Assembly (NCBI GenBank): GCA_052168235.1
Contig: JBQLZK010000051.1
Location: 211-54,646 of the forward strand
Direction: 5' to 3'
Source: Thainema sp.
Lineage (GTDB): Bacteria > Cyanobacteriota > Cyanobacteriia > Phormidesmidales > Phormidesmidaceae
Length of the DNA stretch: 54,436 nucleotides
Position 1 is the stretch's first letter, and every line of letters begins with the position of its first letter. Of this stretch, positions 37,250 through 48,141 are shown piece after piece. A program made the position numbers and the translations under genes. The notes under the pieces were generated by a model. The model did not search any database and was not told where the DNA came from. It saw nothing but the letters and a program-made list of their open reading frames with translations.

Positions 37250-40200
37250 TTAAAAGCTTGCAGAAGGAGCATCAGATTCTACCAAATCAGCAACATGCTG
37301 CAAGAGCGTATCGAGTGGATAGGGCTTATTCAAGAATACAGTTGCACCTGCGGTCAACGCTGGCTGATGGTTAATGGGCAATCCGCTCGCCGCAATGATC
37401 TTGACTTGGGGATTGAGTGCCTTTAGTTGTTTAATCAACTCAATCCCATCCATATTCGGCATCATCACATCCAAAATTACTAAGCTAATTTCAGCCTGAT
37501 GCTGCCGATAAATCTCAAGTGCCTGTAGCCCATCATCTGCTACTCGCGTTTTATAGCAATGATTGTCTAACAGAATTTGGATGCTGCTTTGTACCGCATG
37601 GTCATCATCCACAATTAGTATCTGCTCACCGTTGCCATCCAGGCGTTTCTTGAGCGAAGTAGCTGCCGATGGAGTATCTGCTGTTGTGGGTAAATAGACC
37701 TTGATTTGGGTACCTTGTCCAACTTGACTGAAGACCTGCAAAAAACCGCCGTAGTTTTTGACAATGCCCAGCACATTTGATAATCCCAAGCCCGTTCCTT
37801 TGCCCATTTCTTTGGTTGTAAAAAACGGATCAAAAATGCGATCGCACATCTCAGCCGGAATCCCAATTCCCGTATCGGCCACAGTGATAACTACATAGTT
37901 GCCAACCTTAGCATTCAAATTCAGCCGCGCCATTGCTTTATCTACAAACCCTTGCTCAATCGAAAGCGTCAGCGTTCCCCCATCTGGCATAGCATCCCGA
38001 GCATTAATGCACAGATTCATCAATACCTGATGCAGATGCGTGGGATCAACCCGAACTGCGATCGCAGATGAATTAGCTACCTCATCAGTCAAAAAATCAG
38101 GACAAATCATAATCGACTTGGGAAAACTTTGCTGAATCATCTGGGTCACCTCCTGCAAAAGGGCAACCACATCCACCGAAACTGGATTCCCATGCCGGCC
38201 ACCCACAAACGTCAGAATTTGTTGCACCATGTCAGCACCCCGCTGGGCACTATCTTCAATTAGCTTCAGATGCTCTTGGCCCTGTTGATTCAAACTCGCC
38301 TGAGTTAATCGCAAAATTTGCGCCATTGCCAATATAGGCGTTAAGACATTATTCAGATCATGGGCAATACCGCTTGCCAATTGCCCTAAACTCTCCAACC
38401 GCTGAGCCTGATAAAACTGGCTCTCCATCCGCTTCTTCTCGGTAATATCAGTCGAAATACCGCAAATCGCGTAGGGAGTTCCTGCTGCATTGCATAATGG
38501 AAACTTGACAGAAATATAGATATGCTGCTGTCCATCGGGATGGGCAACTACATCTTCAACCTGCTGCAGTTGCCCGGTTTCGAAGACGGTTTTATTGCTA
38601 GCGGCAAAGGTATCAGCAATGGGCTTGGGCCAAAACTCGTAAATACTCTTGCCCAACATCTCTTCTGAAGGAGTTGCGTTGATTTCTGCATACATTCGAT
38701 TAACCAACAGAAATCGATTTTCCAAATCGAGCAAATAGATAGCAGCCGGAGCATTATCAATAATCGTCTGGAGCCGCTGCTCGCTATCTCGCAGGGCCTG
38801 TTCTGCCTGCTTCCGTTCCGTAATATCGGCAAAGATACAGACATTGCCCGTGGTCTCGCCTGTTGCCGAATACAGAGAGGCCGAGCGGGCAACCACCCAG
38901 CGCGTTTGTCGTTGAGGAGTCAGCAAGCGAAATTCTAACTGACATTCCACTTGATACTGCAGATGCTGCTCCCACGCTTGAACGACCAACTGTCGGTCAT
39001 CTGGGTGAATGGCTTGTAGCCAACCATTACCTAGAGAATCGTCTAAACTTAAGCCTGACATTTGTTGCCAGCACGCATTGGCATAGAGGCAAATGCCGTC
39101 AGCATTCGTTTGCAAAATGCCAACGGGTGCAGCAGCGCTAAGCGTCCGAAATCGTTCTTCGCTCTCTTCCAACACCGCCTGCATCTGTTGACGGATGAGC
39201 AATTCCTGCCGCATCTGCTCATAGAGTTCAGACTGCCGAATAGCAATACCCACCTGAATAGCGAGGCGCTGAATTAACGAAATCTCGCTGGATTGCCACT
39301 GCCGAGGGGCAGCACAGCTATGCACAATCAGCAATCCCCACAGCGCCTCACCTTGCAAAATGGGCATTACTAAGTTGGCTTTGACCTGGAAGGATTTGAG
39401 GAGTTCAACATAGCAGGGTTCGAGTTCCTCACTGTCAATATCAGTGATGACCGAAATATGGCCCTGCCGATAGGGTTCGATGTAGCGCTCCTCAAAGCAG
39501 GGGTCATAGATTGTAGTAGACAAAATGGGTGTCCAGTCTGTCCCAACCGATTCCATAATCACATCACCCTGCCAACTGGGTCGGAAGCGAAAAATGACGA
39601 CTCGATCTGTGTTGAGCAGCGCTCTCACCCGTTCCACCGTACGAGATAGAACTTCGTTGAGATTGAACGATTGGCGAATTTCCTGTGCAATATCGGCCAA
39701 CAGGTATTCTTGTTGAATCTGCTGCTGAAGCGCGTGTTCAGCCCGTTTACGTTCTGTGATTTCTTCACAGACGGTATTAATGCCAATAATGCGATCGCCA
39801 TCTCTGATAGGTAAAAAGCTCTCCAGCCAAATGCGCTGTACACCGGGCTGCGCAGGGGTTTCCCCGGTGATTTCGACATTCAACAGCGGTTCACCCGTTT
39901 CCAAAACGGCACGCAGCAACTGTTCGGCCTGATCCGCTAGATGAGGCAGCACTTCCCGGACGGTGCGCCCGATATGCTCGTCTACAGAAATGCCATTCAT
40001 TTCTGCCAGTCGCTGATTGATTCGAACAAAGCGCAGGTCGGTATCGAGAAAGTTGAGACCAATAGGCGCAGACTGGTAAATCGTTTCGATTTCCACAAGC
40101 TGCCGCTGAATCTGGTCTCGACTGTCCTGCAAAGCGAGTTCGGCTTGTTTGCGATCGCTAATATCAACCGCAGTGCCCACAATCCGATAAATCTCATGCT

Positions 40201-41878
40201 GCTCATTACGCAGCGGCGACAGCGTGGTCAGTGTCCAGATTGTCTGTGCTTTAAACGCGATCTCCTCTTCATAGGTAATCGGTTCGCCGGACTGTAAACA
40301 GCGAACATAATTTTGACGCAGCAAAGCGCCTGCTTCTAGGCCAAAAACTGCTTCCGGCGTTTTACCTTGAATATCGTTCTGCGTGACGCCACTATACTTT
40401 TGGGAGGTAGGATTGAAACTCACATAGTGAAAGTCGTTGCTAGGCGTGACATCAATGACAAAAATGGCTTGCTCTGTCCACTCATAGATACTGGCCAGAA
40501 AAGCTTCCCGCTCCCGCAGTGCAAGTTCGGCCTGGTTACGATCGGCGCTAAGCCGTGCCCGTTCGCTAATATCTCGCAAAACTGAAAGGTGCCGCCCCGG
40601 AATAAAGTTAGTTACTGCCGTAAATTCAGTTTCCCGTTGTGTCCCATCTGGGCGATATAGCCGAAACTCTCCCCGCACATGCCCCTGGGCCAAAAACTGC
40701 TGCCACACTTGAGCGATATCAACGTTAGGATCAGCAAAATCAGCCACACTGGACTGGAGCAGTTGGTCTTTAGAAACCCCAAACAGTTCACAAGCTGCAG
40801 GATTTGCATCGATATAGTTACCGTCATCATCGGCAATTGCGATCGCATCTAAGGTATTCTCAAACAGTGCTCGCCACTGGTTTTGCTGCTGGAGGAGTAG
40901 CTGATTCGCCTGCAACAGATGATTCGCCTCCACATCCGTCTGTTCACCCCTCGTCTGTTCCCCAATCGTCTCTGCCGCTGTCCGCCTGCCTAATTCCCGG
41001 CGGGTATCCTCTAGCTGCTGCTGTTTTTGAGCAAGTGCCTGATAAGCCAGCTCCAATTCCTGATTTTTTTGATCCAGTTCTACCTGCATCGCCTGCAGTT
41101 GCTCCCAAGCCGCCTGTAGCTCTCTACTGGCTACCTCTGGCTTTGGGCTAGGAACGGTTATGGCTGATGCCCTATTACTCGCCGCAACCTGCGCCTGACC
41201 ATACGCTGGATTGAGCTGATATCCCATCCGAGGAACCGTTTTAATAAAATCGCTGGGAGCACCCGCCGCTTTCAGCTTTTTGCGCAACTCTTTAATATGA
41301 ACCCGGATCGTTGCCTCGCCTGGACATTCCAGCGAACTCCACACCTGATCCAAAATTTTGTTGGAACTCAAAGCCTTTTGGGGATTTCGTGACAACAGCT
41401 CTAGAATGCTGTATTCCCGAGGCGTGAGAGGCAGTAGCTGAGCGTCATACCTGGCGTGACAACAGCTCGGATCAACTTCTAGGCGTCCCCACGTCAATAT
41501 CGGTTGAGTTTCCAAATCCCCTCGCCGCAGTAGCGCTTGCATTCGCGCAATCAATTCCTCGGCATCAAACGGTTTATTAATATAGTCATCGGCCCCCGCA
41601 TTAAGTGCGATCGCTTTTTCATGCCCTCCTCCCCCCTGCCCAGTCAACAGTAGAATGGGCGTCTGTATACCTTTTGCACGCAACTGCTGACACAAGCTAA
41701 TCCCATCTAATCGAGGCAACTTGATATCCAACAGCATCAGGTCATAGCCAAACGACTCTGCCAGCTCTAAACCCGCTATACCATCGACCGCAACATCAAC
41801 TGCATAGTGATAGGTCGATAGCAAGTCTCGTATCGCTTGTGCAACAGCGGAGTCATCTTCTACGACCAAAATCTTCAT
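37250..41878 (-). CDS. Hybrid OmpR-type REC-wHTH / multi-PAS / GAF / histidine kinase / REC protein
   Basis: [12 protein letters not shown], wHTH TVPRMGY, several PAS/PAC, GAF, AHDLNN H-box, GKGTGLGL, C-terminal REC. Confidence 0.93.
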   Translation of the reverse strand: MKILVVEDDSAVAQAIRDLLSTYHYAVDVAVDGIAGLELAESFGYDLMLLDIKLPRLDGISLCQQLRAKGIQTPILLLTGQGGGGHEKAIALNAGADDYINKPFDAEELIARMQALLRRGDLETQPILTWGRLEVDPSCCHARYDAQLLPLTPREYSILELLSRNPQKALSSNKILDQVWSSLECPGEATIRVHIKELRKKLKAAGAPSDFIKTVPRMGYQLNPAYGQAQVAASNRASAITVPSPKPEVASRELQAAWEQLQAMQVELDQKNQELELAYQALAQKQQQLEDTRRELGRRTAAETIGEQTRGEQTDVEANHLLQANQLLLQQQNQWRALFENTLDAIAIADDDGNYIDANPAACELFGVSKDQLLQSSVADFADPNVDIAQVWQQFLAQGHVRGEFRLYRPDGTQRETEFTAVTNFIPGRHLSVLRDISERARLSADRNQAELALREREAFLASIYEWTEQAIFVIDVTPSNDFHYVSFNPTSQKYSGVTQNDIQGKTPEAVFGLEAGALLRQNYVRCLQSGEPITYEEEIAFKAQTIWTLTTLSPLRNEQHEIYRIVGTAVDISDRKQAELALQDSRDQIQRQLVEIETIYQSAPIGLNFLDTDLRFVRINQRLAEMNGISVDEHIGRTVREVLPHLADQAEQLLRAVLETGEPLLNVEITGETPAQPGVQRIWLESFLPIRDGDRIIGINTVCEEITERKRAEHALQQQIQQEYLLADIAQEIRQSFNLNEVLSRTVERVRALLNTDRVVIFRFRPSWQGDVIMESVGTDWTPILSTTIYDPCFEERYIEPYRQGHISVITDIDSEELEPCYVELLKSFQVKANLVMPILQGEALWGLLIVHSCAAPRQWQSSEISLIQRLAIQVGIAIRQSELYEQMRQELLIRQQMQAVLEESEERFRTLSAAAPVGILQTNADGICLYANACWQQMSGLSLDDSLGNGWLQAIHPDDRQLVVQAWEQHLQYQVECQLEFRLLTPQRQTRWVVARSASLYSATGETTGNVCIFADITERKQAEQALRDSEQRLQTIIDNAPAAIYLLDLENRFLLVNRMYAEINATPSEEMLGKSIYEFWPKPIADTFAASNKTVFETGQLQQVEDVVAHPDGQQHIYISVKFPLCNAAGTPYAICGISTDITEKKRMESQFYQAQRLESLGQLASGIAHDLNNVLTPILAMAQILRLTQASLNQQGQEHLKLIEDSAQRGADMVQQILTFVGGRHGNPVSVDVVALLQEVTQMIQQSFPKSIMICPDFLTDEVANSSAIAVRVDPTHLHQVLMNLCINARDAMPDGGTLTLSIEQGFVDKAMARLNLNAKVGNYVVITVADTGIGIPAEMCDRIFDPFFTTKEMGKGTGLGLSNVLGIVKNYGGFLQVFSQVGQGTQIKVYLPTTADTPSAATSLKKRLDGNGEQILIVDDDHAVQSSIQILLDNHCYKTRVADDGLQALEIYRQHQAEISLVILDVMMPNMDGIELIKQLKALNPQVKIIAASGLPINHQPALTAGATVFLNKPYPLDTLLQHVADLVESDAPSASF

Positions 41879-42214
41879 CAAAACTCCATCCGGCAGCACC
41901 TAAATCAACCACAACCATTCAGGTGTCCAGCATCTTACACCTGAACCAACTAAAATATTAAGAAAAAAGAAATACGACGTCGCCACATAATAGCAAAACT
42001 TCATACCTAGTCACGTATGCAAAACGTAAGGCTTCAAGCGCTTTAAAGGAGGCTTCATGTGGTGCCTAACCTTAGCTAAAGTATAGTTCTTTACAACTTC
42101 TTTACACCAGATCTATATAATTATTATACGTAAAAATCAATTTTAATTAGAACTTAACGTTTGACAAATTTAGTCAAGCCAACTTCATTTTAAGAAAACC
42201 TCTAATCTATTCCC

Positions 42215-42418
42215 ATGAATGCAGTTCCACTTAGCGTGTCGTGCTGTCAATGCTGCCGTTACTACCAGTGTAGAGGTAGGAGGGGAGGACAGTGCAGCCG
42301 ATTAAACGTTCTCGTCCACGGAACATGGAAAGCTTGTCCTTTGGCGGAATCCACTTTTGCTCTGGATGAACTAGATGATTTACCTCCTTGGGTCAATAAA
42401 CTAGTTAAACTAAAATAG
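42215..42418 (+). CDS. Small Cys-rich hypothetical protein
   Basis: CCQCCRYY..GRRGGQC..L..V..WKAC pattern. Confidence 0.6.
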   Translation: MNAVPLSVSCCQCCRYYQCRGRRGGQCSRLNVLVHGTWKACPLAESTFALDELDDLPPWVNKLVKLK

Positions 42419-42530
42419 GGTTCACTATCACACTAATGAACTAACACAATCTTCTCTTGTCCTTAGTGCAAAATGTGGGAACGAGAAAGCGGAATTCGGC
42501 ATCTGTCGGATTCCGCCTTTTATAGCAAGT

Positions 42531-42630
42531 TAACGTGTGGGTAGTTGTAGTTAGATAACAATTTTTTGTTGTATGGTCAGCGCCCACACAACAAAAAATC
42601 ATTACCTTTTGAGAACTACCAACGTGTGAA
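42531..42630. repeat. Degenerate ~100-bp palindromic element
   Basis: GGTAGTT/AACTACC outer and TTTTTTGTTGT/ACAACAAAAAA inner inverted arms. Confidence 0.5.
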
Positions 42631-42690
42631 TAGATTTCTATTGCATTAGGTTAAAGATGATATTGGCAAGCTCTAAAAGAACTTGAGGAA

Positions 42691-43212
42691 TTAATTCAAG
42701 TCATCTGGACAACCTGCTCCGGAAAACAAATTTTCCAGCTCTGCAAGAGGGAGTTGAGGCAGTAACTGAGTCACGCCTAAGATTTGAATCGGTAAGCCAT
42801 CAGATGCCGTGACCAACGGAGTTTCCTGAGAATAGAGCCAGTACCAGCTTCCATCAGCTTGCTTCATCCGGTAATTGATCGCCACAACCTCACCATATTT
42901 CAGGCTGGCGAAGCGCTGGTAGTATTCAGATACAGCTTCTAGTTCTTCTGGATGAATCAGCCGGGCTAGCCTCTCAGGCCCCATGACATGAATCGCCTTT
43001 GCGGTATATCCCAATATGGCAGCGACAGAACAACTAGAATAAATTGTGCGTTGATCGATCAAGTCGTAAACGTAGACACGCCCCAATATTTTGCTAGATT
43101 CATGTATCTGAAGTTGCCTTAAAGCCTCAATCAGGCGTTGAGGATATTGGGCAAAAGCATTTTCAGCATAGGTTTTCACATTTCTGCTCCTAAAAAACAC
43201 TCTATGAAACAA
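42691..43212 (-). CDS. Stand-alone PAS (PAS_3) domain protein
   Basis: VYVYDL..ILGYT..IHPEE..YRMKQADGSWYW; start codon uncertain. Confidence 0.75.
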   Translation of the reverse strand: MFHRVFFRSRNVKTYAENAFAQYPQRLIEALRQLQIHESSKILGRVYVYDLIDQRTIYSSCSVAAILGYTAKAIHVMGPERLARLIHPEELEAVSEYYQRFASLKYGEVVAINYRMKQADGSWYWLYSQETPLVTASDGLPIQILGVTQLLPQLPLAELENLFSGAGCPDDLN

Positions 43213-43497
43213 GTCAGTATCATTGATTTTTCTGTGGAGAAAAATCCTCCCTGTCCTCTTGACTAGACAAAGTATTAACAGAAGTGATGACTTCAGCCCG
43301 GAGAAAGTTAAGAGTCAAGGGAGGAATATCTAGTTGTGATGTAAAGGCTACATTGATCTATTGTCTGGAGCTATTGTAAGAAAGTTGTGAAGAATAAGAC
43401 CGCAGAAATATTTCTATATATTTATCAGTTTTAAAGCAGTGTTTACTACGGCATCAGCTTCTTATTAAGAGTTATCTTGAAAATTACTTAAAAAATG

Positions 43498-43602
43498 CTA
43501 TAGCCTTTCCTCGGCTACTGAGGTACAAGTTGTTTTTTGAAAGCCGTGCTTTGCGCGGCTTTCAAAAAACAATCTCCCTTTACTAGCGCAAGAAGCGCTA
43601 TA
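43498..43602. repeat. Dispersed ~105-bp palindromic element, family B, copy 2
   Basis: Same flanks as 6629-6734; hairpin TTGTTTTTTGAAAGCCGTGC-TTT-GCGCGGCTTTCAAAAAACAA. Confidence 0.85.
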
Positions 43603-43702
43603 AACAATGATTTTTTATTAATTGGATATTTCGGTAGCCCTCAAAAATCATTGTCTGAATACCACTACCAATATTTAATAGAAAATCATTCTTACTTCAG
43701 GT

Positions 43703-44710
43703 TTATTCTGAGGTTTGGTTCGTTTCATTCACAACCAAAACTGCTGAGCCATTGATTTTGCCACTCCGCAACGCATTCAACGCTTCATTGGCTTGTGCCA
43801 ATGTAAACGGTGTAACCTCTGTCTGAATTGGCACCCGGGGCGCAAGCTGCAAAAAATCTTCGCCATCCCGACGGGTCAGATTTGCTACCGATCTTACCTG
43901 CCGCTCGCCCCACAAAATCTCATAGGGAAAGCTCGGAATCTCGCTCATGTGGATACCTGCACAAACTACAACCCCACCTTTCACCAATACTCTGAGTGCC
44001 GTTGGCACCAGTGAACCGACAGGCGCAAAAATAATTGCTGCATCCAATAGCTCTGGTGGAGCTTGATCGGAACCACCCGCCCACACTGCGCCAAGCTGCC
44101 GCGCAAACTCTTGGCCTGCTGTATCGCCTGGACGAGTAAAGGCATAAATCTCGCGCCCCTGAAATCGAGCCAGCTGAATTAGAATATGCGCTGCTGCTCC
44201 AAAACCATAAAACCCGATCCGTTTTGCCTCACCCGTCATCCGATAGGCTCGATAGCCAATCAGTCCCGCACAAAGTAGTGGTGCAGCCTGTAAATCGGGA
44301 AATCCTTCTGGAATTGCAAAGCAGAAGCGCTCATCGGCCACTGTGTATTCGGCATAGCCTCCGTTGAGCGTATAGCCTGTGAACAGAGCATTATCACAGA
44401 GGTTTTCCTGATCGTGCTGGCAGTAGCGACAGTGCTGGCAGGTTTGCCCCAGCCACGGCACACCAACCCGCTGACCAGGTTGAAACTGCGTCACTTGATT
44501 GCCGACTTCCACCACCGTTCCAACAATTTGATGGCCCAAGATCAACGGTAGCTGAGGCTGGGTCAACTCACCATCCACAATATGTAAATCCGTTCGGCAA
44601 ATGCCGCAGGCTGCTACCCGCAGCAAAATTTGCTTGGGATTGGGAATTGGAGTCGGCACGTCCTCTAAATGCAATGGTTGACCCACAGTATCCAAAATCA
44701 TGGCACGCAT
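43703..44710 (-). CDS. Zinc-dependent alcohol dehydrogenase family protein
   Basis: CRTDLH, GHQIVG, CQHCRYC..C structural Zn site, GFGAAA. Confidence 0.92.
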   Translation of the reverse strand: MRAMILDTVGQPLHLEDVPTPIPNPKQILLRVAACGICRTDLHIVDGELTQPQLPLILGHQIVGTVVEVGNQVTQFQPGQRVGVPWLGQTCQHCRYCQHDQENLCDNALFTGYTLNGGYAEYTVADERFCFAIPEGFPDLQAAPLLCAGLIGYRAYRMTGEAKRIGFYGFGAAAHILIQLARFQGREIYAFTRPGDTAGQEFARQLGAVWAGGSDQAPPELLDAAIIFAPVGSLVPTALRVLVKGGVVVCAGIHMSEIPSFPYEILWGERQVRSVANLTRRDGEDFLQLAPRVPIQTEVTPFTLAQANEALNALRSGKINGSAVLVVNETNQTSE

Positions 44711-44753
44711 GGTTCGTACCTCGTTAGTTCAATGCTTTCTTTAACGATAGCGG

Positions 44754-44862
44754 CTAGTGCTTTGTCAAGTGTGTTTTGAGGGGTAGAAGAATTTTGAAAA
44801 TATTGCTCCGCAATATTTTCAAAATTCTTCTACCCCTCATCTTTACTTTGACAGACTACTAG
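44754..44862. repeat. MITE-like element flanked by CTAG with a 30-bp perfect central palindrome
   Basis: CTAGTGCTTTGTCAA ... TTGACAGACTACTAG; TGAGGGGTAGAAGAATTTTGAAAATATTGC-TCC-GCAATATTTTCAAAATTCTTCTACCCCTCA; a degenerate sibling end TTGACACAGCATTAG at 44974-44988. Confidence 0.8.
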
Positions 44863-45196
44863 AGGGGGATCAACGTTGTTTTGGTGATTTATTGGTGGGT
44901 TTTGATGGGTTTTGATGGGTTTTTGATGGTTGATATGTTTCACAAGCGCGATATATCAACCATCAAGACTGATTTGACACAGCATTAGTGGTTCGTCTAA
45001 TGTGCCTTAGGGCGGTTTTTTAAAGAACTTCCTTACATCATAAGCAAAACTCTTGTCAAGATCAGCATGGCTGAACCAGCGCTGATCTACAACTGATCTT
45101 TCGCCGCTCAGCCTGATTCAACATACTTGGGGGTAAGCAAATCCACTTCTTGGATTGATTCACTCACCATGTGTCACTTACTCAGGAGAACGAAGC

Positions 45197-46150
45197 ATGC
45201 CCCTAACTTCGTACTTACAAGCAGTTCAGCCCTACCAACTGGTTCAGCTTAACAGTCGCAACGTATCGTCTTATCAAGAACTTACTTATCCTCGCTATCG
45301 TCATCTACTGCTTAGTCTAGCTTTTGATTCATCAGTGGTCGCCATTGGTGCTGAGGTAGATGGTGTACCGACTGGACTAGCGCTTGCTCAATTGCAACAA
45401 GCAGCATCCGCTTCAACAGGTGGTCAAACTGGACAAATATTATCGTTGTTTGTTTTACCAAGTCAGCGACAGTCAAGTTTGGGTACGGCGTTGTTAGCTC
45501 GACTAGAAGATGAACTGAGACAGCGTGGCTGTACTGAAGCTGAGCTGATTTATACCACTAATGCCCATGCGATCGCACTTAAACGCATTCTTGACCGTCA
45601 GTTTTGGACACCGCTCCAAATCACTGGATTAGTTGGCTACGCCTCAACTGATCGAGTTAAGCAGGCCCAATCGTCTCATTTCATCCAGCAACTTAATCGG
45701 TTACTCGCTAAGTTGCCGCCGGATTACGAGATTTTTCCGTGGCAGACGCTGACTAGCCAAGAACGACAGCTAATTGAACAGCAAATGCAGAGTGATCAGC
45801 AAATGCAGCAGTCTAATCCATTTTTAGAAGAGAGTCAGATAGAACCGCTAAACAGCCTTGGCTTAAGGCATAGAGGCCGCGTAGTGGGCTGGCTGATTAC
45901 CCATCGCATTACTCCCAATACCATTGGCTATATCCAGATGTATATTGATCTGCGATCGCAACCTCTGAGTCACAGTCTGCTGCTGCTGGCTAAGGCGATC
46001 CAGCTACAGGTTGACCAAGCACCGGGCACTAGGGCGACCTTTCGGGTGGACATTGATAATACGCCCATGATTCGGTTTGTTCATCGTCGGCTGAAACCCT
46101 ATCTGGATGAAGTGCGCACCGCCTGGAAAGCGACCAAAATACTGGCATGA
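45197..46150 (+). CDS. Tandem GNAT-family N-acetyltransferase
   Basis: LSLFVLPSQRQSSLGTALL acetyl-CoA motif A; second module EPLNSLGLR..GWLITHR; AGGAG RBS. Confidence 0.85.
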   Translation: MPLTSYLQAVQPYQLVQLNSRNVSSYQELTYPRYRHLLLSLAFDSSVVAIGAEVDGVPTGLALAQLQQAASASTGGQTGQILSLFVLPSQRQSSLGTALLARLEDELRQRGCTEAELIYTTNAHAIALKRILDRQFWTPLQITGLVGYASTDRVKQAQSSHFIQQLNRLLAKLPPDYEIFPWQTLTSQERQLIEQQMQSDQQMQQSNPFLEESQIEPLNSLGLRHRGRVVGWLITHRITPNTIGYIQMYIDLRSQPLSHSLLLLAKAIQLQVDQAPGTRATFRVDIDNTPMIRFVHRRLKPYLDEVRTAWKATKILA

Positions 46151-46244
46151 ACGACATAACCAAAGTCTGACCTAATCAGGTACTGACCCAAATAACTCAT
46201 CAGGTTGTAACCGGACTCACTAACTGTATCAGCACGGGTTCATC

Positions 46245-47378
46245 ATGAAAAATCAGCTCTCTAACAAAATCGCTCGCAAGGCAACAGAAATAGGTCGCCT
46301 CTTTCGCTCACCGCTCTCGCTGCGAATTGTGTCGGGTATTTTCGTCAGTCTGGTCATCATTGAAGGAATTGTGCTGATTCCATCTCTGGAGCGGCGGCGG
46401 CAGGAAGTTCTCGACCAGATTGAAGAAGTATCTGAGGGCAAAGTTGACTGGATTTTAATGACCTATCCAGGTGCATCGGGTCAGGAGTTACTGGGTCATC
46501 TAAATGAACTCCGGGCTGACCCGATGCTGCAAATTATTCAAGGGGGCGCTGTGTATCGTCCCGATGGATCGCTGGAAGGCAGTTTTGGTGAGACTCCCGT
46601 CCTATCATTTACCGATGCCCGCCAGCAAGGGCAGCTTTACCAAACCGCTAGCCAAGGTAGCCGCTATGACGTGGCTTGGACAGCGTTGCAGTCAGACGGC
46701 AATGAGTATGTGATTGTCTTGCGTCACGATGCTGCCGGAACACAAGCCGCACTGAATGGCTATATCCTGCGCTTTATCGGCATTGTGCTGCTGATTTCGG
46801 CTTTTATTACGCTGGTGATGATGGTGCTGCTCAGTCGTCAGTTGATTACGCCCGTGCTGACCCTGCGCCGCGACCTGGCCAAGGCCGGACATGCGATCGC
46901 AACTGATCAACCCACTCCCCAATTTGATTCTTGCCAGTTCTATCGCCAGGACGAACTCGGAGAAGTGATTGCCACGTTCCGCCAGATGTATGAACAAATT
47001 AATCAAGCCGTTTGCGATCGCAAACAGGCTGAGGCGCAACTGCTGCAAAGCAATCTCGAAATGCAGCAGTATATCAAGCAGGTTGATCGGGTAACGGCAG
47101 CCGTGACGGCTGTGGGCAACGGTACGTTCAACCCCTCTAGCCTAGACGAGGTGGCTGCTCGCGATGATGAGCTAGGTGATTTGGCGCGCATGTTTCAGAT
47201 GATGGCTGTTTATGTGCAACAGCGAGAAGACCAGTTAAAGCAGCAGTTGAAAGAGCTGACCATTGAAATCGACCAAGCCAAGCGCCAGCAGCAGGTGGCG
47301 CAAATCACCAAGAGCGAATACTTCAAGGAACTGCAATCTGAACTAGATAACTATCAGCTAGATGAATTCTGGGGTTAG
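46245..47378 (+). CDS. Membrane sensor with two HAMP domains and a C-terminal coiled coil, no enzymatic output domain
   Basis: Two TM helices; RQDELGEV and RDDELGDLARMF HAMP motifs; IEIDQAKRQQQVAQIT tail. Confidence 0.8.
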   Translation: MKNQLSNKIARKATEIGRLFRSPLSLRIVSGIFVSLVIIEGIVLIPSLERRRQEVLDQIEEVSEGKVDWILMTYPGASGQELLGHLNELRADPMLQIIQGGAVYRPDGSLEGSFGETPVLSFTDARQQGQLYQTASQGSRYDVAWTALQSDGNEYVIVLRHDAAGTQAALNGYILRFIGIVLLISAFITLVMMVLLSRQLITPVLTLRRDLAKAGHAIATDQPTPQFDSCQFYRQDELGEVIATFRQMYEQINQAVCDRKQAEAQLLQSNLEMQQYIKQVDRVTAAVTAVGNGTFNPSSLDEVAARDDELGDLARMFQMMAVYVQQREDQLKQQLKELTIEIDQAKRQQQVAQITKSEYFKELQSELDNYQLDEFWG

Positions 47379-47460
47379 TAGCCGTTGTTGGTAGGCCGCT
47401 TAAAACTTTATCTGCTAAAAGATGGCGCGATCCATTGGTAATTATGCCATTCCGTTAACT

Positions 47461-47527
47461 GTAGGGGCAGGTTTAGCTGCCAACTGATTATTCTGAATCA
47501 AAACTGTTCAACAAAACCTGCCCTTAC
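47461..47527. repeat. GTAG-type REP doublet
   Basis: GTAGGGGCAGGTTT ... AAACCTGCCCTTAC. Confidence 0.7.
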
Positions 47528-47533
47528 AGGTGG

Positions 47534-47628
47534 TATGGCTGTAGTCGGCTTTGTTAGGACACAGGCATTTTTGTGGCGCGGCGAAGCCGCGCCACAAAAA
47601 TGCCTTAACCCATATGACTATGGCTATA
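47534..47628. repeat. Palindromic element with a GCGAAGC hairpin
   Basis: AGGCATTTTTGTGGCGCGGC-GAA-GCCGCGCCACAAAAATGCCT; outer TATGGCTGTAGTC/GACTATGGCTATA. Confidence 0.8.
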
Positions 47629-47645
47629 CTTAAGTTGAATCCCGT

Positions 47646-47990
47646 CTAGCTATCTGGCGCAAATACGTCGTGACTAACCTCTGGTGTATGTACTACCGTC
47701 ATTCCTTCTAGTAGCGCCGATACCCGATCCGGATCAGAGAAAATCAAATCTAGTAGCTCATACTCCGTGAGCTGCTGCCCGGACTGTTTACTGATCTTAT
47801 GGGCGTAGTAGCGCACCTGAGACATGACGCGCGGTTCCGACTGCCGCAGGTACATCGACAGGCAGGCCAGCGCTTGAGTTGAAGCGGGCCGCCCCAAAAA
47901 GAAGCTCAGTGCCGTCAGCAGCTTCTTTTCATACTCTGGCAGCAAATGCACCTGAATCGGCTGAATATCGGGTTGATTAGAATCTGTCAT
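47646..47990 (-). CDS. Hypothetical protein
   Basis: 114-aa ORF with an ATG start and natural-looking composition. Confidence 0.7.
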   Translation of the reverse strand: MTDSNQPDIQPIQVHLLPEYEKKLLTALSFFLGRPASTQALACLSMYLRQSEPRVMSQVRYYAHKISKQSGQQLTEYELLDLIFSDPDRVSALLEGMTVVHTPEVSHDVFAPDS

Positions 47991-48141
47991 GCGGTCTGTT
48001 TATTTAATACACGGTGTAAAGATCTCCTTGAACCCGTTCAATATCTGGTAGGGGCAAATGGCCATTTGCCCCTACGTAACCTTCAACTAAAGAAAATCTT
48101 GGGGGTTCAGAGGGAATCGATACATCTCGCATCTTACAGTG

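Noticed and set aside
45055..45155. Possible riboswitch upstream of the GNAT gene (contains TCAACATACT and small hairpins)
   Set aside because: It lacks the GGGGAGTAG and GAGACC blocks of yybP-ykoY, and I could not match it to another family.
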